Part shown: piece after piece, positions 39,054 to 48,997 of the stretch
Layout of the letters: each line of letters opens with the position of its first letter
How positions within the stretch are numbered: position 1 is the stretch's first letter
Source of the DNA: a virus
Lineage: Duplodnaviria; Caudoviricetes
DNA length: 64,000 nt
Reading direction: 5' to 3' (one strand)
Virus record (IMG/VR): IMGVR_UViG_3300042542_005523
Position numbers and translations under genes: made by a program
Notes under the pieces: generated by a model
What the model saw: only the letters and a program-made list of their open reading frames with translations
Database searches by the model: none
What the model was told of the DNA's origin: nothing

Positions 39054-40898
39054 ATGGCGGAAGAAACAAACAAGAATCAGCCGGAGCTAAATGATGGTAA
39101 TTATTGGAGCACGGCTAAAGTTAACGAGTTACTCAGAAAAGCAGACGAGGAAGGGCTAGATTTCAAGAGTGTAGATAATCCTTTCCATGACAATAATCCT
39201 GAGCTAAGAAGATCTAATGTACTATTCGAGTACACACAGGAGGAGATAATAGAAATTGACAAGTGCGCAAGGGACGTTATCTACTTTTCAAAATATTGTC
39301 AGGTTGTGACCGATACGGGTCTTGCTTATATTACTCTGAGGGAATACCAAGAATCGGTATTAAGAGAATATCAGGCCAATAGATTTAATATATTTCTAGC
39401 ACCCCGGCAGGTTGGTAAATCCATAATGTCCGCTGTTTTTCTGGTGTGGTTTTTACTTTTCAACCACGATAAAAATGCGATGATCCTGGCAAACGTTGGT
39501 GACACAGCAGAGGAATTGATGGATAAGATAAAGGCCATAATAAAAGGATTGCCTTTCTTTCTGAAGCCCGGAATGATGGTCAATAATGTAATGTCTGTGC
39601 GTTTTGATAACGGCTGTAGGGTTATTGCTAAAACGACCACTAAGACATCCGGTATCGGTTTTACTATTCATTTTTTATACATGGACGAGTTTGCTCACAT
39701 TAACTCATCCTTTATGGAAGCTTTCTTCAGGTCTACGTACCCCACGGTATCTTCCTCGAAGGTGTCCCGAATCATTATAACATCTACACCAAATGGAATG
39801 AATAAGTTCTATGAGATGTATATGAGCGCTGTTAAGAAAGAGAACACGTTCAATCCAATTAGGGTTGATTGGTGGCAGGTACCTGGTAGGGACGATGTGT
39901 GGAAACAGAATGAAATATCTAACCTTGGATCCGAGGAGCTATTTAATCAGGAGTACGGTAATCAGTTCTTAAGCTCCTCTACTTTGCTACTTGGATCACA
40001 GGAGTTACAGAAGATAAAAAGAAACGAGGTAGAGTATTTATGGAGGGAGATTGATGAATTTCATTACTCTGACGTAAATTATGAGAATTTTCTATGGCAT
40101 CCTAAATTTGATATAGATAGTGCTGCAGAAGGGAATAAAAAATATGTTGTATCCGTAGATCTCTCAGGTGGAAACAAGGGTGATTTTACAGTCATTAATG
40201 TTTTTAAGGTCTCTCCTCTTCCAAAGAAAGTGATAGAAAGAATAGGAGAATTTGAGGACGAGGGTGATTTCTTTGGCCTTATTCAGGTTGGTATATTAAG
40301 GGACAACGAGATAAAACTGGAGGATGTAGTTAAGATACTTAGAATACTGGTAAAGAATGTACTAGGTGTCGAATCTGTGAAAATAGCTCTTGAGATAAAT
40401 TACAAGGGAGAGCTTCTGGTTGATAAGTTTCTTGCTGACGAGGATCTTTTTGAGGAAATTTTTGTTTACACTAAGCATTCTGAATCTGCTAGATCTTCTA
40501 AAGCTGGTATAAAATACAATGAAAAGAACAAGATGAAAAACTGTGAGCAGCTCAGAACACTTGTTAGAGCAGACAGAATATTGGTGAATGATAAGAAATG
40601 GACAGTACCTGAGCTATTCACATTCGGGCTGAATTCAAGAGGAACATATTCCAGCCAAACAGGTCATGATGACGTTGCTATGTCCCTGGTTAATCTCTCC
40701 TCTGCTTTTGAAAGTGGCGATTTCTACCAACTGGTCGGAGAACTTTTTGATGCGATGGAAACCCCATATAAAGGATTAATATTAAATAAAATGGGGGAAA
40801 CCGGGCAATCCCAATCTTCTGATGAATTTGGATTCGGAAACCAAGGTCCTTCTACCAAGGACGGAAAAAGCTTTAGGGACTTTAGTTCCATGATGTAG
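39054..40898 (+). CDS. gp17: Terminase large subunit
   Basis: APRQVGKS Walker A, LYMDEFAHI Walker B, ITSTPNG, VDWWQVPGRD, VSVDLSGG, GHDDVAMS nuclease motifs. Confidence 0.95.
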   Translation: MAEETNKNQPELNDGNYWSTAKVNELLRKADEEGLDFKSVDNPFHDNNPELRRSNVLFEYTQEEIIEIDKCARDVIYFSKYCQVVTDTGLAYITLREYQESVLREYQANRFNIFLAPRQVGKSIMSAVFLVWFLLFNHDKNAMILANVGDTAEELMDKIKAIIKGLPFFLKPGMMVNNVMSVRFDNGCRVIAKTTTKTSGIGFTIHFLYMDEFAHINSSFMEAFFRSTYPTVSSSKVSRIIITSTPNGMNKFYEMYMSAVKKENTFNPIRVDWWQVPGRDDVWKQNEISNLGSEELFNQEYGNQFLSSSTLLLGSQELQKIKRNEVEYLWREIDEFHYSDVNYENFLWHPKFDIDSAAEGNKKYVVSVDLSGGNKGDFTVINVFKVSPLPKKVIERIGEFEDEGDFFGLIQVGILRDNEIKLEDVVKILRILVKNVLGVESVKIALEINYKGELLVDKFLADEDLFEEIFVYTKHSESARSSKAGIKYNEKNKMKNCEQLRTLVRADRILVNDKKWTVPELFTFGLNSRGTYSSQTGHDDVAMSLVNLSSAFESGDFYQLVGELFDAMETPYKGLILNKMGETGQSQSSDEFGFGNQGPSTKDGKSFRDFSSMM

Positions 40899-40922
40899 AC
40901 CCTTCTTTTTCTAATTTGGTTT

Positions 40923-40931
40923 GATATATAG
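40923..40931 (+). promoter_or_regulatory. Candidate late promoter GATATATAG
   Basis: Exact motif 30 nt before the sheath ATG. Confidence 0.6.
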
Positions 40932-40960
40932 ACAAAGAAGAAAAAAATCATAAAGAAATA

Positions 40961-43900
40961 ATGGCACAAAAAATTAAAATCGACTATTCACAATTTAGAG
41001 CATCGGGCGTTTACACCCTGGAATTTGACAGTTCCGCTAGTGTTATATTAACGTCTACCACTATAAGATTGGTAGTTGGATTCTCTAACAAGGGCCCATT
41101 CAACACACCGGTTTACATACCGGATGCATCTACAATGATCTCGATTTTTGGTGATATTGATAGATCACTAGAAAATAGAGGATCTTTCTTCCAAAGATCT
41201 ATACTAACCTGCTTGAATGCGGGACCAGTTTTTGCTTTAAATTTATTGAAGCTTAATGATGATTTAGACAGTGCTACTCCTGATGTTGTTGATTACAGAT
41301 CTTATTCTGTTGACACTGAACAATTTAATGGTATTTTAACAAGTAAACTATACTCGTCTTTTTATAACAAAGAGAGATTTTGGTTTGCTTCAACTGAATA
41401 CTTCTTGGCCACATTGAGCTTACTAGATCAAGGAAGATTACTTAACCTTGTTAATCTTGGTCAACAGCCAATGAGTGTTATCATAAGAAAGTCCACTGAC
41501 TCGACAACGCCAATAAAGGGATATAATATCTTCGCTATAGATTGGTATGGTGCTGATAATGTGCCTAGTTTTATGCACCCTTATGATTACATTCAGGATT
41601 ATTTCATTGATGTTATTGCAGTTTCTGGTAGTTGGACTAATTACCCGCAGCTTTCTGTGGATCCTCAATGGAGCCAATATTTTACAGCCAATGGATTTAT
41701 TAAGAGCCAGATGGATAATTTCCTTAATAATCCTAATGTTCAGCTTCTTGTTTATCAAACAGGATGTATTATACCTGATTTTACCGATTTGAATGGAGTT
41801 AATCAGTACATCCAAACGTTGGTTAATAGTGATACTGCTTCAACCGGTTTATTCTGTGCCGTAGACGAAAAGGCATTTGATGATATTTGTAATAATGTTT
41901 ATAGGATAGATCTTGTAGGTAATAACCTTATCGACGAATTAACATCAGATAGAGACCTACTAAGCCCAAGACTTGATTTCTTAAGTTACGATCAAGCTTT
42001 ATTGGCTGATTATTTATACACTGAAGCAAATTACGGAGTTACTGGTGCATCCGGTGCAACTGGTGGTAATATGTACGTTGGCACTTTATTCGATCCGATC
42101 ACATTTGGAGCTACCGGTGGTACAACAGACAAGGGTCTTTACGCAAATACATTCCAGGCTTACGATCCGAATTCATTTGATGGTGGATATCACTATATCA
42201 TTACAGGTACAGGGGGAGCACCTCCTTTAACGACATCTCAGAAATCTTCTCTTAAAACATTCTGTGATATTTCTTCTTCGGCTGATCAGAAATTTATTAT
42301 AGGTAAAGCTACTATACCTGCTGGTGTAACGGGATCTGTTCCTTCAAGTTTCGGAGGTCCAAACACAACCCAACTAGTTAAGCTTAAGATAGCTTTAACT
42401 AAGACTTCTAATTCGGAAGTTAAAATTCTATGGCAACATCCGTTAGATACTGCTTTCTATAGATCTCAAGGTATTACAGTTGAGCCTTGGTCTTACCTGC
42501 AACAAGTTCCTATTGATCCTGATATTGCATTTCTAAATTCCGGTGTTGGTGTATATCAATTTGGATGGGCTGATAGAGTAGGTGAGGAGGCTATACTAAA
42601 CCCAGACGGAGCAGGAGTAACAGGATCAGGATTCCCGAATGGATATTCTAACTCTTTGATAGCGTATTCTATGTCTAACCCTTATATCGATTTCCAATAT
42701 AATGAGACCGCAGATGGCGATATTATTTGGAAAAATTCAGACGGAACTGACATTCAATATCTGGATTACCAAAGCTTGGTTGATGTAGATGGATTTCCTT
42801 ATGTAGCGGTTAGATCTTTTAGTAATACTTCTAGAGACATTACTAGCCTAGAAGATATTGCTGCCTTTGGTGCTTCTTATGCCTCAGATAATGTAGGCCT
42901 CCCAGTTTCTGCAGATAAGCTAGACATCATATCACAAAATGGAAACATAAACGAATACCTTAATGTTATAACTAGGGTAGATGCCACAACGTTTACTATA
43001 GGTTTAGACGCTCTTGGCAACGTTCCTTTAGCAGTGGGTGATTGGATAGTTTCTACTGACCTTAACATATGTTTAGATGATGCGGGGACAAGGCAGTCTA
43101 GATTAGGAAAGATCACTACAGTTTCTGCTACAACAACTAGCGGTGTCTATAGAGTAACTTGTGCTAGACCAGTACTTTATTACTCAGGAACACCCCTAAG
43201 AGTTCAGAAGTTCACATCGATTGAGGATTTCACTACATCTTTTGATTTCACATACTTCCAAGGTTTCACTATGACCGAAAGGCATAGACCAAATGGAACT
43301 GATGCTAGACTAACTGAGATACTAGATGTACTTTACAATACAGATCTTGCTATAGCGCTTGCTAATAAGGACGCTATAACTTACAGATACATTATTGATA
43401 CATTCGGTGGACAAATACTTCCTAATTCTAAGTATCAATTGAGTAAGTTGGCGATGATGAGACAGCAATCTCTTGCTATCATCAATGCGCCTTCTACTGC
43501 TCAATTCCAGGCTTCTACAGATCCTAGATTTACTGATGCACCTACAGCTACTAATCCTAAGCCTCTGTTAAACACTGCTTATATAGCTTCCGGAGGTAAT
43601 CTATCCTTGAATCCTACATATACATTCAGTCTTCCTTCCGAAGCTGATGGAGCTAAATTCTGTGCATTCTACTCACCTTACATCACTATAAGGGAGTCAA
43701 ACAGAAACGTAAACGTTCCACCGGCAGCTTTAGTTTCTAATAATTTCATTAGAAAATTTGCGACAGGTGAGCCTTATGCAATAGTAGCAGGCCAAAAAAG
43801 AGGGGTTCTTTCAGGACAAACTATAGTAGGTGTTGAATATGATTATAGTGATGCAGACAGAGGAAATTTAGAGCCATTCGGGATAAATCCTATCATCAGA

Positions 43901-44302
43901 AGAAAAGGGATTGGTGTAGTTATATTCGGTAACGGAACTGCTTATCAACAAGTTAACTCTGCATTCAGCCTTGTTCACGTTAGAGATTTGCTCATCAGCA
44001 TTGAAACTGACACCAATCAAATTCTTTCTAACTATCTGTTTGACTTCAACGAGGATTCAATCAGACTTGAAATTAAGACTTTGGTTGATAATTACTTAGA
44101 CGGAGTAAGAGCAGGAGGTGGTATTTATGCTTATAAGACCATCATGGATGCTACTAACAATACACCAGCGATCATTGATATGAACATGGGGGTTATTGAC
44201 ATCATCATCGAGCCTGCAAGAGGTATACAGAAATTCATAAACAGAATCACTGTAACTAGAACAGGCGGTATAGCTGCTGGCGGATTCATACAGTTTGTAT
44301 AA
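40961..44302 (+). CDS. gp18: Contractile tail sheath protein (1113 aa)
   Basis: SGVYTLE...VGFSNKGPFNTP N-terminus; C-terminal VPPA...AGQKRG...GINPI...VHVRDLLI...FDFN...IIEPARGIQKFINRITV. Confidence 0.9.
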   Translation: MAQKIKIDYSQFRASGVYTLEFDSSASVILTSTTIRLVVGFSNKGPFNTPVYIPDASTMISIFGDIDRSLENRGSFFQRSILTCLNAGPVFALNLLKLNDDLDSATPDVVDYRSYSVDTEQFNGILTSKLYSSFYNKERFWFASTEYFLATLSLLDQGRLLNLVNLGQQPMSVIIRKSTDSTTPIKGYNIFAIDWYGADNVPSFMHPYDYIQDYFIDVIAVSGSWTNYPQLSVDPQWSQYFTANGFIKSQMDNFLNNPNVQLLVYQTGCIIPDFTDLNGVNQYIQTLVNSDTASTGLFCAVDEKAFDDICNNVYRIDLVGNNLIDELTSDRDLLSPRLDFLSYDQALLADYLYTEANYGVTGASGATGGNMYVGTLFDPITFGATGGTTDKGLYANTFQAYDPNSFDGGYHYIITGTGGAPPLTTSQKSSLKTFCDISSSADQKFIIGKATIPAGVTGSVPSSFGGPNTTQLVKLKIALTKTSNSEVKILWQHPLDTAFYRSQGITVEPWSYLQQVPIDPDIAFLNSGVGVYQFGWADRVGEEAILNPDGAGVTGSGFPNGYSNSLIAYSMSNPYIDFQYNETADGDIIWKNSDGTDIQYLDYQSLVDVDGFPYVAVRSFSNTSRDITSLEDIAAFGASYASDNVGLPVSADKLDIISQNGNINEYLNVITRVDATTFTIGLDALGNVPLAVGDWIVSTDLNICLDDAGTRQSRLGKITTVSATTTSGVYRVTCARPVLYYSGTPLRVQKFTSIEDFTTSFDFTYFQGFTMTERHRPNGTDARLTEILDVLYNTDLAIALANKDAITYRYIIDTFGGQILPNSKYQLSKLAMMRQQSLAIINAPSTAQFQASTDPRFTDAPTATNPKPLLNTAYIASGGNLSLNPTYTFSLPSEADGAKFCAFYSPYITIRESNRNVNVPPAALVSNNFIRKFATGEPYAIVAGQKRGVLSGQTIVGVEYDYSDADRGNLEPFGINPIIRRKGIGVVIFGNGTAYQQVNSAFSLVHVRDLLISIETDTNQILSNYLFDFNEDSIRLEIKTLVDNYLDGVRAGGGIYAYKTIMDATNNTPAIIDMNMGVIDIIIEPARGIQKFINRITVTRTGGIAAGGFIQFV

Positions 44303-44326
44303 AATTTGATCACTCAGAAGCAAATA

Positions 44327-44335
44327 GATAAATAG
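44327..44335 (+). promoter_or_regulatory. Candidate late promoter GATAAATAG
   Basis: T4 TATAAATA-like variant before tube gene 1. Confidence 0.5.
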
Positions 44336-44342
44336 TTAGTAT

Positions 44343-44897
44343 ATGGCAGGCTTACCACATTTTTCAAACTCGATCTCATCGATGAATAACTTTGAACCGG
44401 TTTACTTAAACCAGTTTGAGGTAGTAATAAATCCACCAGCTGCTGTAGCTGGTGGACCTATTCTTTTACAGCACGTAACCAAGGTTTCTGGTATGGATGT
44501 AGATAAAAATCCAGCGCCTGTAGCTCAGAAGTACAAGTTTGCAAAAAGAAACTACGCGGGAGCTAAACCAGATACTACTGGAATGACTCTTTCCATGAGT
44601 TTCACTGTTAACTTGAACGATGCTAATTCTATGTATGTTTTTAAAACACTAAGACAATGGACGGATCTTATTTATAATCCTCTAACTGGAGCAATGGGTG
44701 TTAAGAACGACTACGTAGGATCAATAGTTATCTCAATCTTTAATAAAAACGGTGACGTTTTTAAAAGAGTAGTTTGTAAAGACTGTTTCCCTGTGAGTTT
44801 TATTTCCCCAATGAATCTAAGCTATGCAGCAGAAGAGGTTTGGAAGATAGATAATTTGGAATGGGCAGTGGATTATTGGGAAGATCTATTCCTATAA
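44343..44897 (+). CDS. gp19: Tail tube protein, paralog 1
   Basis: Follows the sheath; NQFEV, YAG, TLRQW.DLIYNPLTG, FNKNG, W..DYW. Confidence 0.85.
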   Translation: MAGLPHFSNSISSMNNFEPVYLNQFEVVINPPAAVAGGPILLQHVTKVSGMDVDKNPAPVAQKYKFAKRNYAGAKPDTTGMTLSMSFTVNLNDANSMYVFKTLRQWTDLIYNPLTGAMGVKNDYVGSIVISIFNKNGDVFKRVVCKDCFPVSFISPMNLSYAAEEVWKIDNLEWAVDYWEDLFL

Positions 44898-44912
44898 AAA
44901 AATTAAGAAGAA

Positions 44913-45488
44913 ATGTCAGGATTACCACACTATACTAATTCTCAAGCTGCTATACAGCTTTACGAGCCAGTTTATCTTAACCAGTTCGAGGTTATTATTA
45001 ATACCCCTGCGGGTGTTCAGCAGTTACCCGGTTTAAATGGTGAATTGATACTTACCCAACAGGTTAAATCTGTATCAGGTATGGCCGTTGATATACAGCC
45101 ATCTGGACCAGTTGAACAGTTCTATAAGTTCGCTACTAGAAGATATGCAGGGGGTGAGCCTTCTCAGACTGACATGGATTTAACCCTGGAATTTGAGGTT
45201 AACCTTAACGAATCCAATTCGATGACTGTGTATAGGACTCTTAGACAATGGTCGGATCTTATCTATAACCCATTGACTGGTGCTATGGGACTTAAGCGTG
45301 ATTATGTTGGATCTATGGTTATATCCATATTCAATAAGCAGGGTGATGTTTTTAGAAGAATAAGAATACCGGTTTGCTTTATAAGTGCCCCAATAACACC
45401 TTTGGAGCTAGATTATGATCAGGGAGCTAGTATCTATAGTATCAGTATTCAATGGAAATGTGATTACTGGGAAGATCTTTTCTTATAA
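44913..45488 (+). CDS. gp19: Tail tube protein, paralog 2
   Basis: Aligns end to end with paralog 1 (EPVYLNQFEV, TLRQWSDLIYNPLTGAMG, DYWEDLFL). Confidence 0.85.
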   Translation: MSGLPHYTNSQAAIQLYEPVYLNQFEVIINTPAGVQQLPGLNGELILTQQVKSVSGMAVDIQPSGPVEQFYKFATRRYAGGEPSQTDMDLTLEFEVNLNESNSMTVYRTLRQWSDLIYNPLTGAMGLKRDYVGSMVISIFNKQGDVFRRIRIPVCFISAPITPLELDYDQGASIYSISIQWKCDYWEDLFL

Positions 45489-45507
45489 AATAAAGGAACT
45501 TAAAGGG

Positions 45508-45537
45508 AAAGGACACTATAAATTGTGTCCTTTTTTT
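45508..45537 (+). terminator. Intrinsic terminator after the tube genes
   Basis: aaaggacac-tataaatt-gtgtccttt followed by a T run. Confidence 0.8.
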
Positions 45538-45577
45538 GTGGACCGTTATATAATTTATAACATAAGACCTTAATATT

Positions 45578-46696
45578 ATGAAGAATTTATCGCCCGAGGA
45601 AATCCTCAGAAATAAAGAAGCAGCTAGTGGATTCGTCTATGACGATCCTAAAGATGAAGTAACTGTAACAAATACCGAGAATCCGGTTACACTAAACGAG
45701 AATGCTTACGCCTCGCAGGAACCAGCTCTCCCTAAATCACCTATTGAGGAGCAGCCTGCCCAGAACCCTCCTAATTCGTTAGGCAGGATCGAAAGAAAAC
45801 CCGCTTATCCCCAGCAGGAAGCTCAATCTACTCAGCCCCATAATAGTGCTCAAAAACAGCCTGGTGAGTTAGGCTGGAAGAATATACCAATGGGCATACT
45901 TCCATCAAAGGGTATGTACTACCCAGATGGCACTAGAATAGCTATTAGAGCTGCGGAGGTAAAGGAAATCAGACATTTCTCAACGATAGACGACGAGGAT
46001 AGAATAGACATAGAGGAAAAATTAGGCTATATCCTAGATAAGTGTATGAGAATGGATTTTCCGACACAGGGTATAGTTTCTTATCAAGACCTAAAATCCG
46101 AGGATAGATTTTTCATAACATTAGCAATAAGAGATCTAACTTTTACTAGAGGTGAGAATAGTGTAATATTGATCCCTAATAATCCCTGTGAATTTAAGGA
46201 ATGCCCGGTAAGGGACGGATTTGAGCTTAGAACCGGTGTTTTGTCAATGTATGAAATTGAAGATAAAATACTGGAATATTATGACAGCGAAAGAAGATGT
46301 TTTTCTTTTGATATAAAGAAGCTGGATAAAAATATTAAGATGTTTGTTCCTAGTATAGGAGTTACTAAAAGAATATCAGATTTTATAATATCCCTTGCCA
46401 AGAGGGGAGTTGAAATAGATGATGCTTTTGTACAGATATCCCCTTTCATATTTGAGGATTGGAGAACTCTAACTGAAGGGTCATTCCAGGCAAGATTGAA
46501 AGACAGTGATTCCTGGTCAAAAGAGGAATTCAGCTTACTGTTTGAATTATCTGAAAAAATAAAAATAGGTACAAAGTCCAAGGCATTGGTAAATTGCCCT
46601 AAGTGCGGTGGAAGGGAGGTCACCGCCGACATTACCTTTCCCAAAGGGCTTAGATCACTTTTCGTTATTTCAGATATCATTGGAGAACTTCTTTGA
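45578..46696 (+). CDS. Baseplate hub / tail assembly protein (gp26-like)
   Basis: LPSKGMYY...VKE, DRFFITLAIRDLTF, CEFKEC and CPKCG Cys pairs, FPKGLRSLF end; located after the tubes. Confidence 0.65.
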   Translation: MKNLSPEEILRNKEAASGFVYDDPKDEVTVTNTENPVTLNENAYASQEPALPKSPIEEQPAQNPPNSLGRIERKPAYPQQEAQSTQPHNSAQKQPGELGWKNIPMGILPSKGMYYPDGTRIAIRAAEVKEIRHFSTIDDEDRIDIEEKLGYILDKCMRMDFPTQGIVSYQDLKSEDRFFITLAIRDLTFTRGENSVILIPNNPCEFKECPVRDGFELRTGVLSMYEIEDKILEYYDSERRCFSFDIKKLDKNIKMFVPSIGVTKRISDFIISLAKRGVEIDDAFVQISPFIFEDWRTLTEGSFQARLKDSDSWSKEEFSLLFELSEKIKIGTKSKALVNCPKCGGREVTADITFPKGLRSLFVISDIIGELL

Positions 46697-46868
46697 TCTG
46701 AAGTTTAGACTATGGAAGGAGCACGGCCTCGATCCTGAATGGGTAGAGGGAATACCCTATTACGAATACCAGATGTGGATAGATAAGCTCAATCTCGCTA
46801 TCGAGGTCGATAATCAAGAAGTACTTGCAGATTCAGGAAAGAAAACAGTTTTCTCTTTTAGGAAGTAA
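46680..46868 (+). CDS. gp51-like hub assembly protein (start uncertain, possible frameshift product)
   Basis: SLENFFDLKFRLWKEH...IPYYEYQMW resembles the gp51 SLExYYxxNF...PWER pattern. Only TTG/GTG starts exist; the frame overlaps the upstream gene in +1. Confidence 0.5.
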   Translation: MENFFDLKFRLWKEHGLDPEWVEGIPYYEYQMWIDKLNLAIEVDNQEVLADSGKKTVFSFRK

Positions 46869-46880
46869 AATTGCAACTAA

Positions 46881-46889
46881 AATATATAG
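46881..46889 (+). promoter_or_regulatory. Candidate late promoter AATATATAG
   Basis: Motif 22 nt before ATG 46911. Confidence 0.5.
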
Positions 46890-46910
46890 AAATAAAGAAT
46901 TATTTCATAA

Positions 46911-48368
46911 ATGTCATCTACCGAAAGTGAAAAACAGTTCATTGACCTATCGAGAAGTTTAGAGGGTCTCGTTGGTGAATTGAAAAAAATGAACATATCG
47001 TCTATCAAGGACGATATTAAGAAACAGGGTGATGTTATAGAGAGATCACTGGGTAACGTAAAGGGTAGCTTTAGAAGAGGCGGTAAAACTAAGGATGATG
47101 GAAACTATTTAGTTGGTGAGAATGGACCAGAAGTGGTTTCGCTTCCTACCGGATCCTCAATAATACCTTTAGATGTTTCAGATTTAATAGAGGGATTAAA
47201 AAACGTTTCGCAACTCAAAGGTGATCTTGATGATAAGATTTTAAACTATGACAAATCTAATAATGTTGTAGTTACGCCAACGGGTGATTACGATATTGGT
47301 TTTATAAAAAAACAACTCGAAAAGCAAATAGCTGAGGATGCTGCTATGGATGTTTCTGATGGTGGTAAAAGTGCAGAAGCTGTAGTTGCTCTTGAAAAAT
47401 TACAGGATAAGATAAAAAATGCTAAACCTGAAAGCAAAGAGGGAAGCATGGATGAAAAAATTGCTAAATCAGCGGGCCCGAGTGCAGAGGAAATAAAAGC
47501 GGAGAGAGAAAGATTATTAGCAGAAGACTATGAATTCTATACCGAATACCCTAAAAGCCTACAGGATGATCTAGATTCTTATATAAGTAGCTACAATTCT
47601 GGACCTGGCTCTTCCCTTAATAAAACTGCGGAACCAGCATTATCGGAGAAGGAAAAGCCTAATTCTAAAGAGGAAAGAGAGGGAAAGGAAAAGGATAATT
47701 CAAAAGAGGAAAGCACAGAGAAGACCTCAAAAAAGAAAAATAAAAAAGAAAAAAAAGAAAAAGAGGGGACTGGAGAAGGTCTATTTTCTAAAGGAAAGTC
47801 AACCGAGCGTAAGGAAAACGCAAAGAGTAGTGCTATAGGTATGGGTCTTTCTATTCTGGAAAAAAAATCAGGACTAACAGATAAAGCTGTTAACTTGGGA
47901 TCCAAATTTGGTATATCAGGGGATAAAACTGAAAAGTTAATCGGCACTGCTAAACAGAAAGCTGTAAGTAAAGTTCAGGATTTGGGTAAAAAATCACCCA
48001 AGGAAAATGAAGATAAGGAAGATACCAAAAGCAAAGCAGTAAACGAGAAGCCTGAATTAAATCCACCGCCTAAGCCAGCGCCACCACCCGAGCCCAAGCC
48101 GGCTCCAACCGCAGCCCCTGCCCCGGAGAAGAGCAAATCAGCAAACCCGGAGGCTAGCTCAAAATCAGAAACTACTGAGACAGCTAGCAAATCAGGGACA
48201 GCTGAGCCCGCGTCTAGTGGAGCTTCTAGTTCTTCCTCTGGTGCATCTCTGTCTAATGAGGATGCTAAAGACATTAAAAGCCTTCTTAGTAAGATAGCAA
48301 ATACACTAGCTGGACCACTAAATATTAGTTCACCTGATCCTTTTAGACCAGATTCTAGAAGAATTTAA
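46911..48368 (+). CDS. Tape-measure-like / tail protein with Lys/Glu- and Pro-rich low-complexity regions
   Basis: GGKTKDDGNYLVGENGPEVVSLPTGSSIIP is the GG...VGExGPE...P motif common in tape-measure proteins; position after hub/chaperone genes. Confidence 0.45.
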   Translation: MSSTESEKQFIDLSRSLEGLVGELKKMNISSIKDDIKKQGDVIERSLGNVKGSFRRGGKTKDDGNYLVGENGPEVVSLPTGSSIIPLDVSDLIEGLKNVSQLKGDLDDKILNYDKSNNVVVTPTGDYDIGFIKKQLEKQIAEDAAMDVSDGGKSAEAVVALEKLQDKIKNAKPESKEGSMDEKIAKSAGPSAEEIKAERERLLAEDYEFYTEYPKSLQDDLDSYISSYNSGPGSSLNKTAEPALSEKEKPNSKEEREGKEKDNSKEESTEKTSKKKNKKEKKEKEGTGEGLFSKGKSTERKENAKSSAIGMGLSILEKKSGLTDKAVNLGSKFGISGDKTEKLIGTAKQKAVSKVQDLGKKSPKENEDKEDTKSKAVNEKPELNPPPKPAPPPEPKPAPTAAPAPEKSKSANPEASSKSETTETASKSGTAEPASSGASSSSSGASLSNEDAKDIKSLLSKIANTLAGPLNISSPDPFRPDSRRI

Positions 48369-48403
48369 TTTAAAACCCTCGGGTTTCCTGCGGATTTTTG
48401 TAT

Positions 48404-48411
48404 TACATTTG
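48404..48411 (+). promoter_or_regulatory. Possible Bacteroidota-type -7 promoter element TAnnTTTG
   Basis: TACATTTG before dCMP deaminase and the ECF sigma; no clear -33 TTTG at canonical spacing. Confidence 0.4.
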
Positions 48412-48428
48412 AGGTATATTAAACTGGA

Positions 48429-48977
48429 ATGCCTATGTCAGAAAAGATACTCTTTAAAGATCTATCTTTCATAAATGAAGAATTTATAGAAAAAAACATC
48501 TCCTGGAGAGTTATACCACAGTCAGATTCAACGTATTTACTTTTAACTGGCGATAACTTATATTTAAACGAAAAAGAGGAGAGAATGGATTCCGTGTATC
48601 TCGAGATGGCTGAATCCTGGGGAAAGAATTCCCATTGTAAAAGAGCACAGGTTGGATGTTTAATGGTTAAAAATAAGTCTATTATATCGGATGGGTATAA
48701 CGGATCACCAACGGGATTTCCTAATGTATGTGAGGATGAGAAAGGTGATACGCTATCCTGGGTTTTGCATGCGGAGGCAAACGCTATAACAAAGTTAGCT
48801 AAGAGCACTCAGAGCTCCGATGGCTCTACGATTTACGTAACTCTTTCCCCTTGCTTCGAATGCTCAAAACTAATCATTCAATCCGCTATAAAGAGAGTAG
48901 TTTTTACCGAGCTATATAGGAAGCATGATTCGTTGTCCTTTCTTTTAAGAGGCGGGATTGAATTAATGAAATTATAA
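48429..48977 (+). CDS. cd: dCMP deaminase
   Basis: SHCKRAQVGC, DGYNGSP, HAEANAI, SPCFEC zinc motifs. Confidence 0.92.
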   Translation: MPMSEKILFKDLSFINEEFIEKNISWRVIPQSDSTYLLLTGDNLYLNEKEERMDSVYLEMAESWGKNSHCKRAQVGCLMVKNKSIISDGYNGSPTGFPNVCEDEKGDTLSWVLHAEANAITKLAKSTQSSDGSTIYVTLSPCFECSKLIIQSAIKRVVFTELYRKHDSLSFLLRGGIELMKL

Positions 48978-48997
48978 TTTGTAAATATATTTATATA

